64,000 nt of DNA from Lingula anatina. Its lineage: Eukaryota > Animalia > Brachiopoda. Positions 52,201-64,000 of this stretch are shown here, piece after piece. Within the stretch, counting starts at the first letter, position 1. The number at the start of each line of letters is the position of its first letter. A program made the translations under genes and the position numbers. The stretch spans positions 51,562,788 to 51,626,787 of the forward strand of contig CM120640.1 in the NCBI GenBank assembly GCA_051362555.1, written 5' to 3'. The notes beneath the pieces were generated by a model. That model was not told the DNA's origin and did not search any database. It saw nothing but the letters and a program-made list of their open reading frames with translations.

Positions 52201-53948
52201 TTTTATGTACAGATACAGATGTGTCTATACATATTGCCATCACCTGCGTCTGTCGTGGTTGCCGTGCACTTTCAGCGTAAACATGATAAGTGGAAGACGG
52301 TTTTACCTTTTGGCTTTGTTTACAGAGCTGATGAATGTTCATAAAATGCATGTCAAGTTCCAAAGGGCAAACCGATACGCCTGTTGTCATGAAACTCACG
52401 GGCGTAATCAACCTTACTTAAATGCAGGTCAAGTTTGAAAATCAGCATGATCGGGCCATTATTTTAGAAGTCATGCTGTTTTCTCACTTTTCATCATATA
52501 TGCAACACTGTAAACACATTTCAAGGAAAACCAATAGGCTTATTGACAAGAAACTTACAGGAGTGCTTAATCTTACTAAATACAGGTCGAGTTCAAAAAT
52601 AAGCTTGATTGGTTCAGTTTTGATGCGGTTATGCCTTGTTTTGTTTATAAGTGCTCCTACCTCAGATTAAAATTTTTAGGCACGTTTACAGTCTCATTAT
52701 TGAACTAATTAGATATGTATAACTGTTCTTTTGACAAAATTTTCATCTTGACAATATTGTTAGTTGATTAAATAAAAATGGTGATAAACCTGTATTAATC
52801 TCTTGTGTAATTAAGTGTCAAAAATGGAAAAAAAGCAAATCATTGCAGTTTGTCGATTTAATCATTTACTATGTTCAGAATCTCAGAATGGAGCAAATTG
52901 ATCATTTAACATGTTCTATTGATGTTTTCTACATCTCAACAATTTTTTTAGTTGATCATTAAAAAAGTACAGTAAATTAATTGTTTTATGTAAAAAAAAA
53001 TGTTAAAATGGAAATAAACCCATTTCAGTACAGTTCTGTCTTGTTTACATTTTGGTTATTTCAAGTTGTGACTTTGAAGTTCCATAGTCCCGAAGACCTT
53101 TGCTAGTCACATTTTCTGAATATTCATGATACTTCTATTTTATCATTAAAAATTGATAGTCATCATGCTGTTAAGCAATATGCAATATTGCATCAAAATC
53201 GAAGAAAACTCTATTCTAGGCACTGCTGCTATATAGTGCCCATTAAAGGAAAACCATGTCACTTGCTCTTCTCAAATTTATAGGAAAGAAACATGGACCT
53301 TAAGGTAGATCGGTCGTTACATGTTCCAACGTTCGAATTTTTTTGAAATTTTTTTTGTTTGAAGAGACACCCAAGTACATTAAAAATTTGCAAAAAAAAT
53401 TGGGGGTCACCGACCAAATAAGAGAACTAGCCCCAAATATGATACACCCTGCATATCGCACTAGTCCCCATTCAAATCAATGGGAAAATGGGTGTTTTCT
53501 CACTAAAGTATTATTTTTTATGACTTTCTGACGTTCGAATTTTTAAAAAAAATTTTTTGTGTAAAGAGGCCTCCAAGTACATTTAAATTTTACCAAAATA
53601 ATTGGGGGTTACCGACCAAATAAGAGAACTACGCCAAGTTGAAGTGCGCTACACCCTGCGTGACGCACTAGTCCCCATTCAAATCAATGGGGAAATGGGT
53701 GTTTTTCACCAAAACGTTATTTTTTATGATTTTTCTAACGTTTGAATTTTTTAAAAAAACTTTTTTGTGTAAAGAGGCATCCAAGTAGATTTAAATTTTG
53801 CCAAAAAAGTTGGGGGTCACCGACCAAATATGAGAACTACGCCAAGTTGAAGTGCGTTACACCCTGCGTGACGCACTAGTCGGAAGTCCCCATTCAAATC
53901 AATGGGAAAATGGGTGTTTTTCACTAAATCGTTATTTTTTATGATTTT

Positions 53949-53980
<32 letters not shown>

Positions 53981-55064
53981 AAGAGACATCTAAGTACATT
54001 TAAAACTTTCGTTATGTTTAACAGTTGAAGTGAGTATACTCAGCTATTTTCAGATTTGTCAAACTGATGAGAAGGTGTAAGCCATTAACTTTACAACAAA
54101 ATTATTGAAGAGAATAATAAGGGAAATACTCATGCATATGAAAATAGTTTATTGCCGTTGTTATTTATTAATGAATATAACATGAACGTGACATCGTAAA
54201 CACTGTGTTGTCAAGTAAAATGAAGCGTCTGATACAAAGTATCAAATGCGGCATTCACGTGCTTGCTTGCGGTGCGTTCAGTACACTTTGTTTACACTGA
54301 CAAGTCAAGGTCAGAAGTGCACAATTTTTCTGTATAATATAACGCAGTTTCAATTTTGATTAGTGAATTTTCTTCAAGCTGTAGACCCTATGGCCATTTT
54401 CTGAACATTTGTATAAGCTATGAAATATTTCTCAGTCCAAATTTCCAAATGAGTGGCGTTACGACGCACTTCCGGTTTTCGTCGAAATCTAAACTACAGC
54501 AGCACATTCAGGGCGTTCTACCTCAAAATATACGCAGCCGCTTTGATTGGAATTTACAACACTTATTCTTTACATGACATAGCACCTACGTGCATAATTT
54601 GTGAGCTTTAGCTGTCATACATTTTCTAGTGCCAATTCAAATTGGAAAAGGAGCTATTCCGACGATTTCTTGAAGTCTATGAACGTGCTACAGTTGTCGT
54701 ATGGAATCATAGTCGACAAACGTTGTCGAAAATCTGTATCGATCATACAGAGTTACAGACAAGTTGATAATGTGTGTTTATCTTATAGATAATTGTTTTA
54801 TTTCCTTAAATTAATAAAACAGACTGAAGTGTCGTTAGAGACGATTGACGATGCGCTGAAATTGCGCAAATCGTCAAATTACGTAACGACCGATCTACCT
54901 TAAATGCAGCTTCCTTTGGAAAAGCAATCTGTTTAGTTTATTTTTCTGGAAGTTATGCATTCTTTTGTAAAAATTGGATTTTTCATATATTGGCATTTTC
55001 ATTATTTTGTGCATTGTTATTTTCTGCTTTTTGTCTGTACATTTGACAGCTTTGCTGCCTTGTT
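52201..55064 (+). mobile_element. HINE-like element (family 2, copy 2), interrupted by a nested TIR element
   Basis: The 5' about 440 bp is homologous to 44873 onward (TGTACAGATACAGATGTGTCTATACA..GCAGGTCAAGTTTGAAAATCAGCATGATCGG). The 3' end GTCTGTACATTTGACAGCTTTGCTGCCTTGTT at 55033-55064 is identical to 45698-45729. Confidence 0.65.
53304..54899. mobile_element. Non-autonomous DNA transposon with 17-bp TIR and TTAA target duplication (Kolobok-like)
   Basis: TTAA-GGTAGATCGGTCGTTAC ... GTAACGACCGATCTACC-TTAA; about 3.3 internal copies of a 202-207-bp repeat (53328-54005); no transposase ORF. Confidence 0.8.
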
Positions 55065-55269
55065 AAACTTTGAAATGTGAACCTCTACTTTTATTCAGAA
55101 ATCAAAGCATCATTAAACTCCCATTTTATTTCATTAACTGCTTGAATTTGTAAGTTCACAGAAAGCAAAATCTGAATAAATAACTCCCTAGCAAATTCTG
55201 TGATGATGACTTGAAATCTTGGAAGAAATTTCTCTTAAAAAGTTATTCCTAAATATGCTCTAGGTACCA

Positions 55270-58200
55270 TCACATAGGTTTCAAGCATAAAATGGATGAG
55301 TAAGGAATGCAGTTAAAAATTGTTGTATCATCAAAAACTGGCTGCACAATGTAAAAAATATAGAGCAATATGAGAAAGGAAGCCACTAACAGTGGTAGTG
55401 TAAATGCTATAATTATTTTTCTCCTACTTGCATGCCATTTCCCAAATGATATGTAGGGCAGGATAAGTAAAGCTGAAAGCACTCCAAAATAGAATCCTCC
55501 AAGATGAGTGAAATTGTTGATGGCTGGTAGGGTGCCCACAAACAGGATCAAGACAATAACAACAGTAAGTTTGAAGAGTTCCCTCCAGGGCCTGGTTACT
55601 AATCTCCAAGATTGTAAAAGTTCCACCAAAAGAACACCAAATAGTCCACAGACAGCACCACTTCCTCCAGCATGGTGATTATAAGGAGAACTAACCATAC
55701 CAACCTGAGAAAACATAACACTTTAATGTCATTAATTAATTTTAGTTTAAGTGTGAATGGGATTCAAATATTCTGCATCAGTTTCATGTAAATAAAACTA
55801 GCCTTTTACTTTCTCATTTTTCTGACAGCCTGAACAGTTTTAGCATTACCTCATATAAAACTAGAGGATCAGAGAGGCGATACCGCCTCCGAATATTGTA
55901 CCACCAGCTGGAGCAAGCGCATTCGTATAGACCCCCACATACACAAAATAAGGGACATAGCCACCAGTTTTGTGCTTGACAAGCTGTAAAAATGCAATCA
56001 ACAAGAATTTTTAAACTATTGCAAAAAATATATATGGTACAATCAAATTTAAGTTCTTCGTAAGGTAGGTCAAGGGTCAATTTCAAGGTCACAGTAAATT
56101 GCCAGTATATGACTTCCTATTCAAGTTCAAGAGTAACTATGGACCTATCTCTGTCAAGTTTGAAGTTAAAAGGGAAAGAAATTAGCAGAGTTCAGTTCAT
56201 GATAAAAAGTAGGTCAAAGGTCAATTTCAAGGTCACATTTAGATTGCCAGTATATGACTTTCTATTCAAGTTCAATAGTAACTATGGACCTATCTCTGCC
56301 AGTTTTGGAGATAAAAGGGAAGCAAAATTTGCAAAGTTCAGTTTATGGTGAAAAGTAGGACAAAGGTCAATTTTAATGTAACATTTATAATGCTAGTATA
56401 TGACTTCCTATTCAAGTTCAATAGTAACTACGGACCTATCTCAGCCAGTTTTGGAGATAAAAGGAAAGCAAAATTTGCAAAATTCAGTTTATGGTGTAAA
56501 GTAGGTCAAAGGTCAATTTTAAGGTCACATTTAGATTGCCAGTATATGACTTCCTTTTCAAGTTCAATAGTAACTATGGACCTATCTCTGCCAGTTTTGG
56601 AGATAAAAGGGAAGCAAAATTTGCAAAGTTCAGTTTATGGTGAAAAGTAGGTCAAAGGTCAATTTTGAGGTCACATTTAGATTGCCAGTATACGACTTCC
56701 TATTCAAGTTCAATAGTAACTACGGACCTATCTCAGCCAGTTTTGGAGATAAAAGGAAAGCAAAATTTGCAAAATTCAGTTCATGGTGTAAAGTAGGTCA
56801 AAGGTCAATTTTAAGGTCACATTTAGATTGCCAGTATATGACTTCCTATTCAAGTTCAATAGTAACTATGGACCTATCTCTGCCAGTTTTGGAGATAAAA
56901 GGGAAGAAAAATTTGCAAAGTTCAGTTCATGGTGAAAAGTAGGTCAAAGGTCAATTTCAAGGTCACATTTAGATTGCCAGTATATGACTTCCTATTCAAC
57001 TTCAATAGTAACTATGGACCTATCTCTGCCAGTTTTGGAGATAAAAGGGAAGCAAAATTTGCAAAGTTCAGTTTATGGTGAAAAGTAGGTCAAAGGTCAA
57101 TTTTAAGGTCACATTTAGATTGCCAGTATATGACTTCCTATTCAAGTTCAATAGTCACTATGGACCTATCTCTGCCAGAGATAAAAGGGAAGCAAAATTT
57201 GCAAAATTCAGTTCATGGTGTAAAGTAGGTTAAAGGTCAATTTTAAGGTCACATTTAGATTGCCAGTATATGACTTCCTATTCAAGTTCAATAGTAACTA
57301 TGGACCTATCTCTGCCAGTTTTGGAGATAAAAGGGAAGCAAATTTTGCAAAGTTCAGTTTATGGTGAAAAGTAGGTCAAAGGTCAATTTTAAGGTCACAT
57401 TTAGATTGCCAGTATATGACTTCCTATTCAAGTTCAATAGTAACTATGGACCTATCTCTGCCAGAGATAAAAGGGAAGAAAAATTTGCAAAATTCAGTTC
57501 ATGGTGAAAAGTAGGTCAAAGGTCACTTTCAAGGTCATAGTAAGATTGCCAGTATATGACTTCCTATTCAACTTCAATAGTAACTATGGACCTATCTCTG
57601 CCAGTTTTGGAGATAAAAGGGAAGAAAAATTTGCAAAGTTCAGTTCATGGTGAAAAGTAGGTCAAAGGTCACTTTCAAGGTCATAGTAAGATTGCCAGTA
57701 TATGACTTCCTATTCAAGTTCAATAGTAACTATGGACCTATCTCTGCCAGTTTTGGAGATATAAGGGACTAAATGTTATAATTTTGGAGTTACCATAATG
57801 TGCCTTAAATTTCGTACAGAAAAAATTAATTAAAATAAAAAAAATGTCATTTTGGTCAAAATTCTTGAAATAGGAGGTGCTCTGAAGTTTCAGAAGTTCA
57901 AATTTGATGAAATAATGTCATTTTTGAACACAAGTTGTCTGCTTTGCCAAGCCTTATGTTTTATTTTTCCAGAGTTCAAAATTTATTATCCATTACCGTA
58001 CTGCACATTTTGCTTTTACCACCAATATGCACTTTTTGATACAGCGTAACTCGAAAACCGTATGGAATACAAAAAAACCGAGACCACCTCCAGTGTTGGG
58101 CTTTACATGCTCTACAAAATGCAAAAAAGAATGGGTCTCTAGCATTAACGGTTCCCGAATTAGAGACAGTTTTCAGTTTCGGTATCTTATGGCCGCTACT

Positions 58201-61200
58201 CCCGTGAAAATGCACCGATTGACCCCAAATTCATGGAGATGAAAGATGACCTGAAGGGTAACACCTTCCAATAATATTATTGGTTAAGTCTGTGTGGTGT
58301 CTGAATAACAGGGCAAAAAAAATTTTTTTCGTAAAAAATTTAATTTTTTTGAAAATTTTGGCCCATTTGACCTTGAAGTAAAGGTCAAAGGTCAAATCCA
58401 AAGGTATATTTGAAATCTACACATATGACTTTTGGAAAGCCGTCTATAGAAATTTTTCCCATAACTCCTTCCGTAGGGTAGATAATTAGCATTTAATTTT
58501 GCCATTTTTAGACAAGGGTGCATTGCAATGAGTGCCACACCCAGACCCCAATACCGACAAAGCCCAAATTTTACGTGGAACGAGTTGAGATTATAGGTGA
58601 CCTAAATCCATGAGATGGGTACGGGGGCCCTTACCGTCTAGGAGGAGAAGCGGTAACGGTAGCCGTCCGGCGGAGACCGAAACCATGTGTACCGCCAGCG
58701 CTAACGCTGGTGGTACAATAATATAACAAAAAATAAATAAAGTTGGTTTAATTTAACTGTTATTTTCACATTTCTCGATACTGTAGTATCATCATTAATA
58801 GACAATACATGATACAGCTGACAGAGTGTTGCATTCTCTTCCACTGTCAACTACACAATGTATTTGACATATCATTCTCAATTAAATAATCATATTTTAT
58901 ATTGTTTTTCAATTTCCTTAACTATGGAGTTTTTTTCTGAGTTTTTATGGATACATAAATATAGTAAATTTCCCACTGACAAATAGATATTCAATTATTT
59001 TAATTTCCATACTGCATATGTCACAATATGAATTATCCAATACTTTATCATTATTTACCATGAGTCCACCAAAGCCACTGATGAGGTAGATGAGAAACAT
59101 CCTTAACCAACCAGCCAGCACTTCAATCTGCCTGCCAACCATAATCTGAATGACTAGAACCAAAAGAAGGTGAATGACCCCATGATGGTAGAAGAGGGAG
59201 AGAGGAAGTCTCCAAAACTGATATGGGTTTGAAGCTTTGTATGGTTTTTCTACATCAGCTACCATGTCTCCTAGACTGCAGATGCTCTTGAGACAGTTCA
59301 CCTGAAACCAATAAATGGGGGTAAGTATAATAACTTGAATTTAATTAATTATTTAATGATATGAAGAGCAGTTTGTTCAAGTTATTTCAAATGTAGCCAA
59401 CTTTTACACATAGATATTTGTCAGCATATCACTGCATATTTTCGAAGTAAGTGAATTTTGGCAAAATCTTATTGAAAAACATATTATAAATAATGAAACA
59501 AAACTGATACTTCTAATTGACAAATAACCATGTATTATAAACCAAATAGAATCCCCAAACTGTATCTCAAATTTAAAAAGAAAAGAAATTAAAATGAAAT
59601 TTTAGTAATAAAGTTTACCTGTATGCAATGTTCCAAATCATAATAATAAACCCCCTCTAGAAATGCACAATGTTCATAAGATGCAAGCTGACACTGACAC
59701 TGCAAGCCAAAACAACAAGGTTTCATTCTCTGCAGCACATAGTTTTTCCCTGCAGGTCTAGAGGCACAGGTGAAGTTGCTGTTCCATTTGCCAACACCTT
59801 GAAATATGTATAAAGATAGTTATCATGTTCATAATCAGCAGTTTTGACAAAAAAAAAAAAAAAAAAAAAAAGAATTAAAACAAATTTTAAGAGTGTACCA
59901 TTTGGTTGAATGAATTGCTTAATTTCTTTCAAATCATGCTTAAAAATGGCTAAGGTTAAGCTGTTCTTCATAGTATGCATGCTTCCTTGATCAAGCATTT
60001 TAATCCATAAGCTCATGCTAGCTTTAGATTTTCATGCTCTGGAAAATTCTATTGAACAATTTTTTTTGTTCTTGCTGTTGCTGCTTATATCCTATTATAT
60101 TGTATTGAACAATGTGGTTACAATTGAGTATCATGTCAGTTGCAAACGCTATTAAAAAAGGGCAGTGCATGTCTGGTTGGGAACTGAAAAAAATTCATAC
60201 TAAAATTTTAATATTGAAATATATGTTGACCTCAAATTAGCAAGTAACATATACTAATGTTATGTATGAAAAAAGATGCTTTCTCACCATTTGTAAGATC
60301 TTCACATTCACTTTGTGTTGTAGTTCCTGCTGTATTACGAACAGCAATTTCACAACAACCCAAAGGAGCATTGTTGTGATACTTTTTATCTGCAAACTGG
60401 AGACTGATCTTGTAGTCATCACGCATACAAGGAGCATATGCTGCGCCAACACCTGCAAAATGATAAAATGCTTAAGTATTTGTTGCATTTGATGTTTTAA
60501 ACGAGCAAGACAATCAATAAAGTTTAATAAAACAAATTAGATGAATATGCAGTTCATGTTTAAATCTGCAACTGAAAATAAAAATATCTCAGTTCAAAAG
60601 CATTTGTTTTGTGTATGACCACATGCCTTAAACCGGTTTTATTTGTTAAGCAGTAAGTGTAACAGCCATGTCATTATGTTATTGGCATATTAGTAGGATC
60701 AAATAAAAATGGACCCATGCACTTGTTAAAGCATAACACAGTTTCACTATATATGGTTTAGTGTTACAAGAAAATATTACAATATCTTGGGTGTGGGCCA
60801 CAGAGTCCCTTACTACCATTCTTGCTCTGCTTTCTATGCAAGACATCCCATTTACCTGATGATTTCTTTTTATCCACAAAATTTACACAGAATCTAGACA
60901 TAATATCATACAAAATGCTATAGAGAAAATCAGGGATTATACTGAATCACATTTTCACTTCTAGCAAAAAGGTTAGACTATAGGGCTAAGTAATTAAGGT
61001 GTAAAAATGTTTATTATTTATGTAATACACCCACCCTTTTCAGAGACCAGTTTATGACACATGGCTATATGAATAGTATTTCTGCTTACTGATAAGGTAT
61101 GCTTCTGATGGTCCAATCCAAAGGTTTGGATAATGCCAGTGGTCGATCGTCTCCAATCCCAAAAAAGTTCTTATGCTTCCTTCTGTTTGCAATTGAGGTG

Positions 61201-63991
61201 TCAACCCAATGGTGGTAATGCCACCTAATCCACAGATCACTATCATGGCAATTAGTTGTAACTAAGTGATACAAAAAAAAAAGTTATTTCATTTTGGGTG
61301 TTTTATTGACTTTTTGACATTTCAGTCCATTTAACAGAATATTCTTCTAATCTAATCAAATAAGCCTGTAATTTATCAACCTGACAAATATAAAAAAGTT
61401 GAAATGCATCCCTAATTACCAGAGAAATAAGGTATATAAACCAGGCCCTGAATGTTGGCAGCTCTTCCAGTTGTTTCCGTACAAACACGTCTTCTGCGGG
61501 TGCACATTTGTTGTGAGTGGAGAGACTGCTCTTCAAATCCTCCCACCTTTTCTTTATGGCTGTTGAGCCACTGCCATGAGTATAATGATCTATTTCATAA
61601 AAAAGAAAAAATATTTAACCATAAAAAGAAAAAAATCTACATAATGGAGCAAGAAAATTGATAAATTAAAAACATCTGTCATAAATTTTTAAAGGATTCA
61701 TTTTACCCCTTGCAATGTTTAGAGACTCTTCAATTTTGTCATATTTCCACATGAGCTGTTTTTGCAGTTCTGTTTTTCGTCTTTTTAACTGTTTCTTTTT
61801 TTCTGTTTGTTCAAGCTGAAATTTGTTAAAATATGATAAAAAATTAAGAGTAGTGTGTTATTCCTCGTACATAACAGTCATATTTTCATATATTGTTCAC
61901 ATTTTCTTAATATGTAAAATGGATGAAAAAAAGATTGCTTACTCATAGTCTACTTAAAATTCTTTCTTTTGGTTTAAGCTTAAAATAAGTTTGTCTAATT
62001 AAAAAAAATAGTGCAATATTTCAGAGTCATGAAAGTTACATTTTCCAAAATTGTACTATATTTTAACACATAATAGGTTTCCAAGCAGACACTATGAATT
62101 ACCATTATTGAGCATTTACCTGAACATAGTTCTTAAAATGATCAAATGCTTCTCTTCGGAAGACAAAATCATCTGGTGCCTCTTTTACTTCAGATACTCT
62201 TAGGATACTTTCTCTTGCCTAAAAATAAATATGTGATATTTATAGGGAATAACGTAATAAAAAAATAAAAAAATAAAAAAACATATTTTGGTCATGTCAT
62301 TTTGATAATACTTACTTTATAAGCTAAATTTTCCTTTGATGCTAAATGATTTGTATGTTTCCCAAAGTGCTTCTTATTAAACATTGCTTTGGCAAAGGGT
62401 ATACTTTTTCCAGGATCTGCAACCTAAAAACAAAACTCTATAAGATTTATAAATTAAATTAGATTTTTTTTCACATCAACTTTGATCATCATTGCCACTG
62501 CCTCAGTGAAAGCAGTACCATTCTTTAAATACTTAAAGGTAATTCTCTGTTTTTGAAAATGAAGTCATAGTTTCTATGTCTACATACTTTTAAAATATTA
62601 ACCCATCTAATAAATAAACCTGATGTAAAAATATCCTTCTAAAATATATTTGGACATTGAAGTTTAAATGATTAGCCAATCATTTAGAACTAAATAATTC
62701 AATTAGAAACAGTACATAAGATACTGAAGTGCAAAGTGCAGGGGCAGGCCAAGCAAATGCATTGATTTGTGAGTAAGAACGAATTGCTTATTTTGAGGAA
62801 AATTCAGTTTGGCAGGAAAATCCCAGAGTAGATACTTTTAAGATACATGAAATCAAACTGATTGAGACATATACCTAAAAGGGCCTAATAGCATGATTGA
62901 TCCTTCAAAAAAGGGGAAAAGGAAGGTGGAGCTGGATTTTTTTCCTTTTCATAAATTTATGAAATTCTTTGGCTATCAACTTGAGAAAAGGAATACCAAA
63001 CTTTATATAAAACTGTATTAACATATCCATCAAATGATTTTTGTTTATTATTTAAGAAAGCTTGATATTTACTACTATCATCACTGAATGTGATTTATAC
63101 TGCTCCCCAAAATGGGTCAATTAAAGCTGTAAGAGATGGCCGTTTAAGACCCCATTCCCAGAGATTAGATCGATCTACTTTAGATCGACCTAACTCCCTG
63201 GGGGTTCACGCTAAATAGCTGTCAGACGAGCAGGCACTAAAGTTAATTACCCCCTTACAGCTTGTAGTAGGCAGGACGGACATTTAAGCCGGATTATCTG
63301 ACAGTAATCTAGTGAGACTCCCCGCAGGGATAGATCGATCTAAAATCTCTGGGAATGCACTCTAAGATTGAAAGACAGGCAGACAGCCCAATGTTGGAGG
63401 GGGTAAGGATGCAGTGATGGTTGATAGTGATACACTTACTGATACAGTATGTGCAAATGTTACTGAAGTTCCTTCTGGCTTAATTATTTGACTGTCCATC
63501 ATGTTTAAACTTCTGACATCAGATGGGCTAACTTTTTGCTGAACTGTATGATTTTCCTGTTCATTTATGCTGCCCGATGATGTTTTTGTCAAATATTGCC
63601 TTTCAATATCACTGACTTCATCAAGACTTAGGTTACTGACAGTGCAGTTCTGAAATCGAGACAAATCCTGACCAGAGTTTTGGAGTACTTCTGAAGTAAC
63701 ACGACCAGTGATAGGAATAACAGCAGTCAGTTTTCCTTCAGAAGATGCATTGGAAAACTGGCTGACTGAGGAAGATGTTCTCTTCAGTTTCAGTTGCAAG
63801 TGTCTGTCAACAATATCATCAACATAACCCTTGTATGCTTGGTCAGACTGAAAATTGAACTGTATGTTTTTTGCACCAGGAATCCTGGGTATTTTTTGAC
63901 TGCTATCTGATTTAGATAACTTAGATGTATCCATGGCATCTTGGGTATTTTCCTTAACAGGTGAAAAACTTATATTACTTTCACATTCCAT
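55270..63991 (-). CDS. RHBDF: iRhom/RHBDF-type rhomboid-family protein; exons 63991-63440, 62423-62316, 62218-62120, 61815-61707, 61589-61420, 61261-61090, 60452-60288, 59797-59619, 59301-59059, 55704-55270 (about 743 aa; may extend 5' of the window)
   Basis: Long Ser-rich N-terminus, TM1 (WFIYLISLLQLIAMIVICG), Cys-rich iRhom homology domain (NLWIGPS..GAAYAPCMRDD..GCC..KPCCFG..HCAFLEG..VNCLKSIC), then rhomboid core QFWRLPLSLFYHHG, AGWLRMFLIYLISGFGG, VELLQSW, NNFTHLGG, LPYISFGKW. Exons sum to 2232 nt in frame. The first exon boundary (donor TCA|GTAAGT at 63439) is less sure. Confidence 0.88.
55857..58722 (-). mobile_element. 2.9-kb non-autonomous Helentron/HINE carrying a 146-bp tandem array, in the last intron of the rhomboid gene
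   Basis: SubTIR ATTGTACCACCAGC (55895-55908) pairs with GCTGGTGGTACAAT (58706-58719); 5' stem-loop TGTACCGCCAGCG-ctaa-CGCTGGTGGTACA (58688-58717); 3' hairpin GAGGCG-atac-CGCCTC (55874-55889), then CTAG and a T-run. Confidence 0.8.
56065..57766. repeat. Tandem array, about 12 copies of a 146-bp unit
   Basis: The unit start (GTAGGTCAAAGGTCA or a variant) recurs at 56065, 56209, 56355, 56501, 56647, 56793, 56939, 57085, 57225, 57371, 57511 and 57657. Two units are 140 bp because of a 6-bp deletion. Confidence 0.95.
63148..63362. mobile_element. PIF/Harbinger (Tourist-like) MITE, rhomboid intron 1
   Basis: GACCCCATTCCCAGAGATTAGATCGATCTA ... TAGATCGATCTAAAATCTCTGGGAATGCACTC flanked by TAA/TAA; same family as 49647-49851. 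Confidence 0.82.
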
Positions 63992-64000
63992 TTGTGTATA

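Noticed and set aside
56109-56942. Repeating ORFs of 80-101 aa (MVKSRSKVNF...)
   Set aside because: They are translations of the 146-bp tandem repeat, whose period is not a multiple of 3; no protein signal.
56065-57766. CRISPR-like regular array
   Set aside because: Units are contiguous near-identical repeats with no unique spacers, there are no cas genes, and the context is a eukaryotic intron.
63148-63439. MITE apparently truncating ORF 63362-63991 (pseudogenisation of the rhomboid gene)
   Set aside because: Removing the MITE still leaves an in-frame TAA. A phase-0 donor TCA|GTAAGT at 63439 joins exon 62423, so the MITE is intronic.
63440-63991. beta-TrCP degron in the neighbouring rhomboid N-terminus (SSGSINE, NSGQDLS)
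   Set aside because: Neither matches DSGxxS, and gene adjacency is no evidence of interaction.

Overview
AT-rich, intron-rich animal genomic DNA, most likely a lophotrochozoan invertebrate such as a mollusc (inferred from the gene set, intron style and repeat types). Four spliced genes can be rebuilt by hand with consistent GT-AG sites and reading phases. (1) A cation-selective alpha-type nicotinic acetylcholine receptor subunit (+, about 10.8-33.2 kb) with a duplicated N-terminal exon that gives two alternative N-termini, each with its own signal peptide. (2) RPP30 (-, 36.1-41.7 kb), which contains a U12-type minor intron. (3) beta-TrCP/BTRC (+, 42.0-51.2 kb), head-to-head with RPP30 across 267 bp. 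(4) A protein with iRhom (RHBDF) architecture (-, 55.3-64.0 kb) that keeps the active-rhomboid GxSG serine and TM6 histidine instead of the iRhom GPx motif. Introns and intergenic DNA hold non-autonomous transposons: Helentron/HINE elements (one carrying a 12 x 146-bp array rich in DR1 motifs), a TTAA-flanked Kolobok-like element nested in a HINE, PIF/Harbinger-type MITEs and MULE-type MITEs. Most short ORFs in the supplied track are spurious. All exon coordinates were counted by hand and need RNA-seq confirmation.
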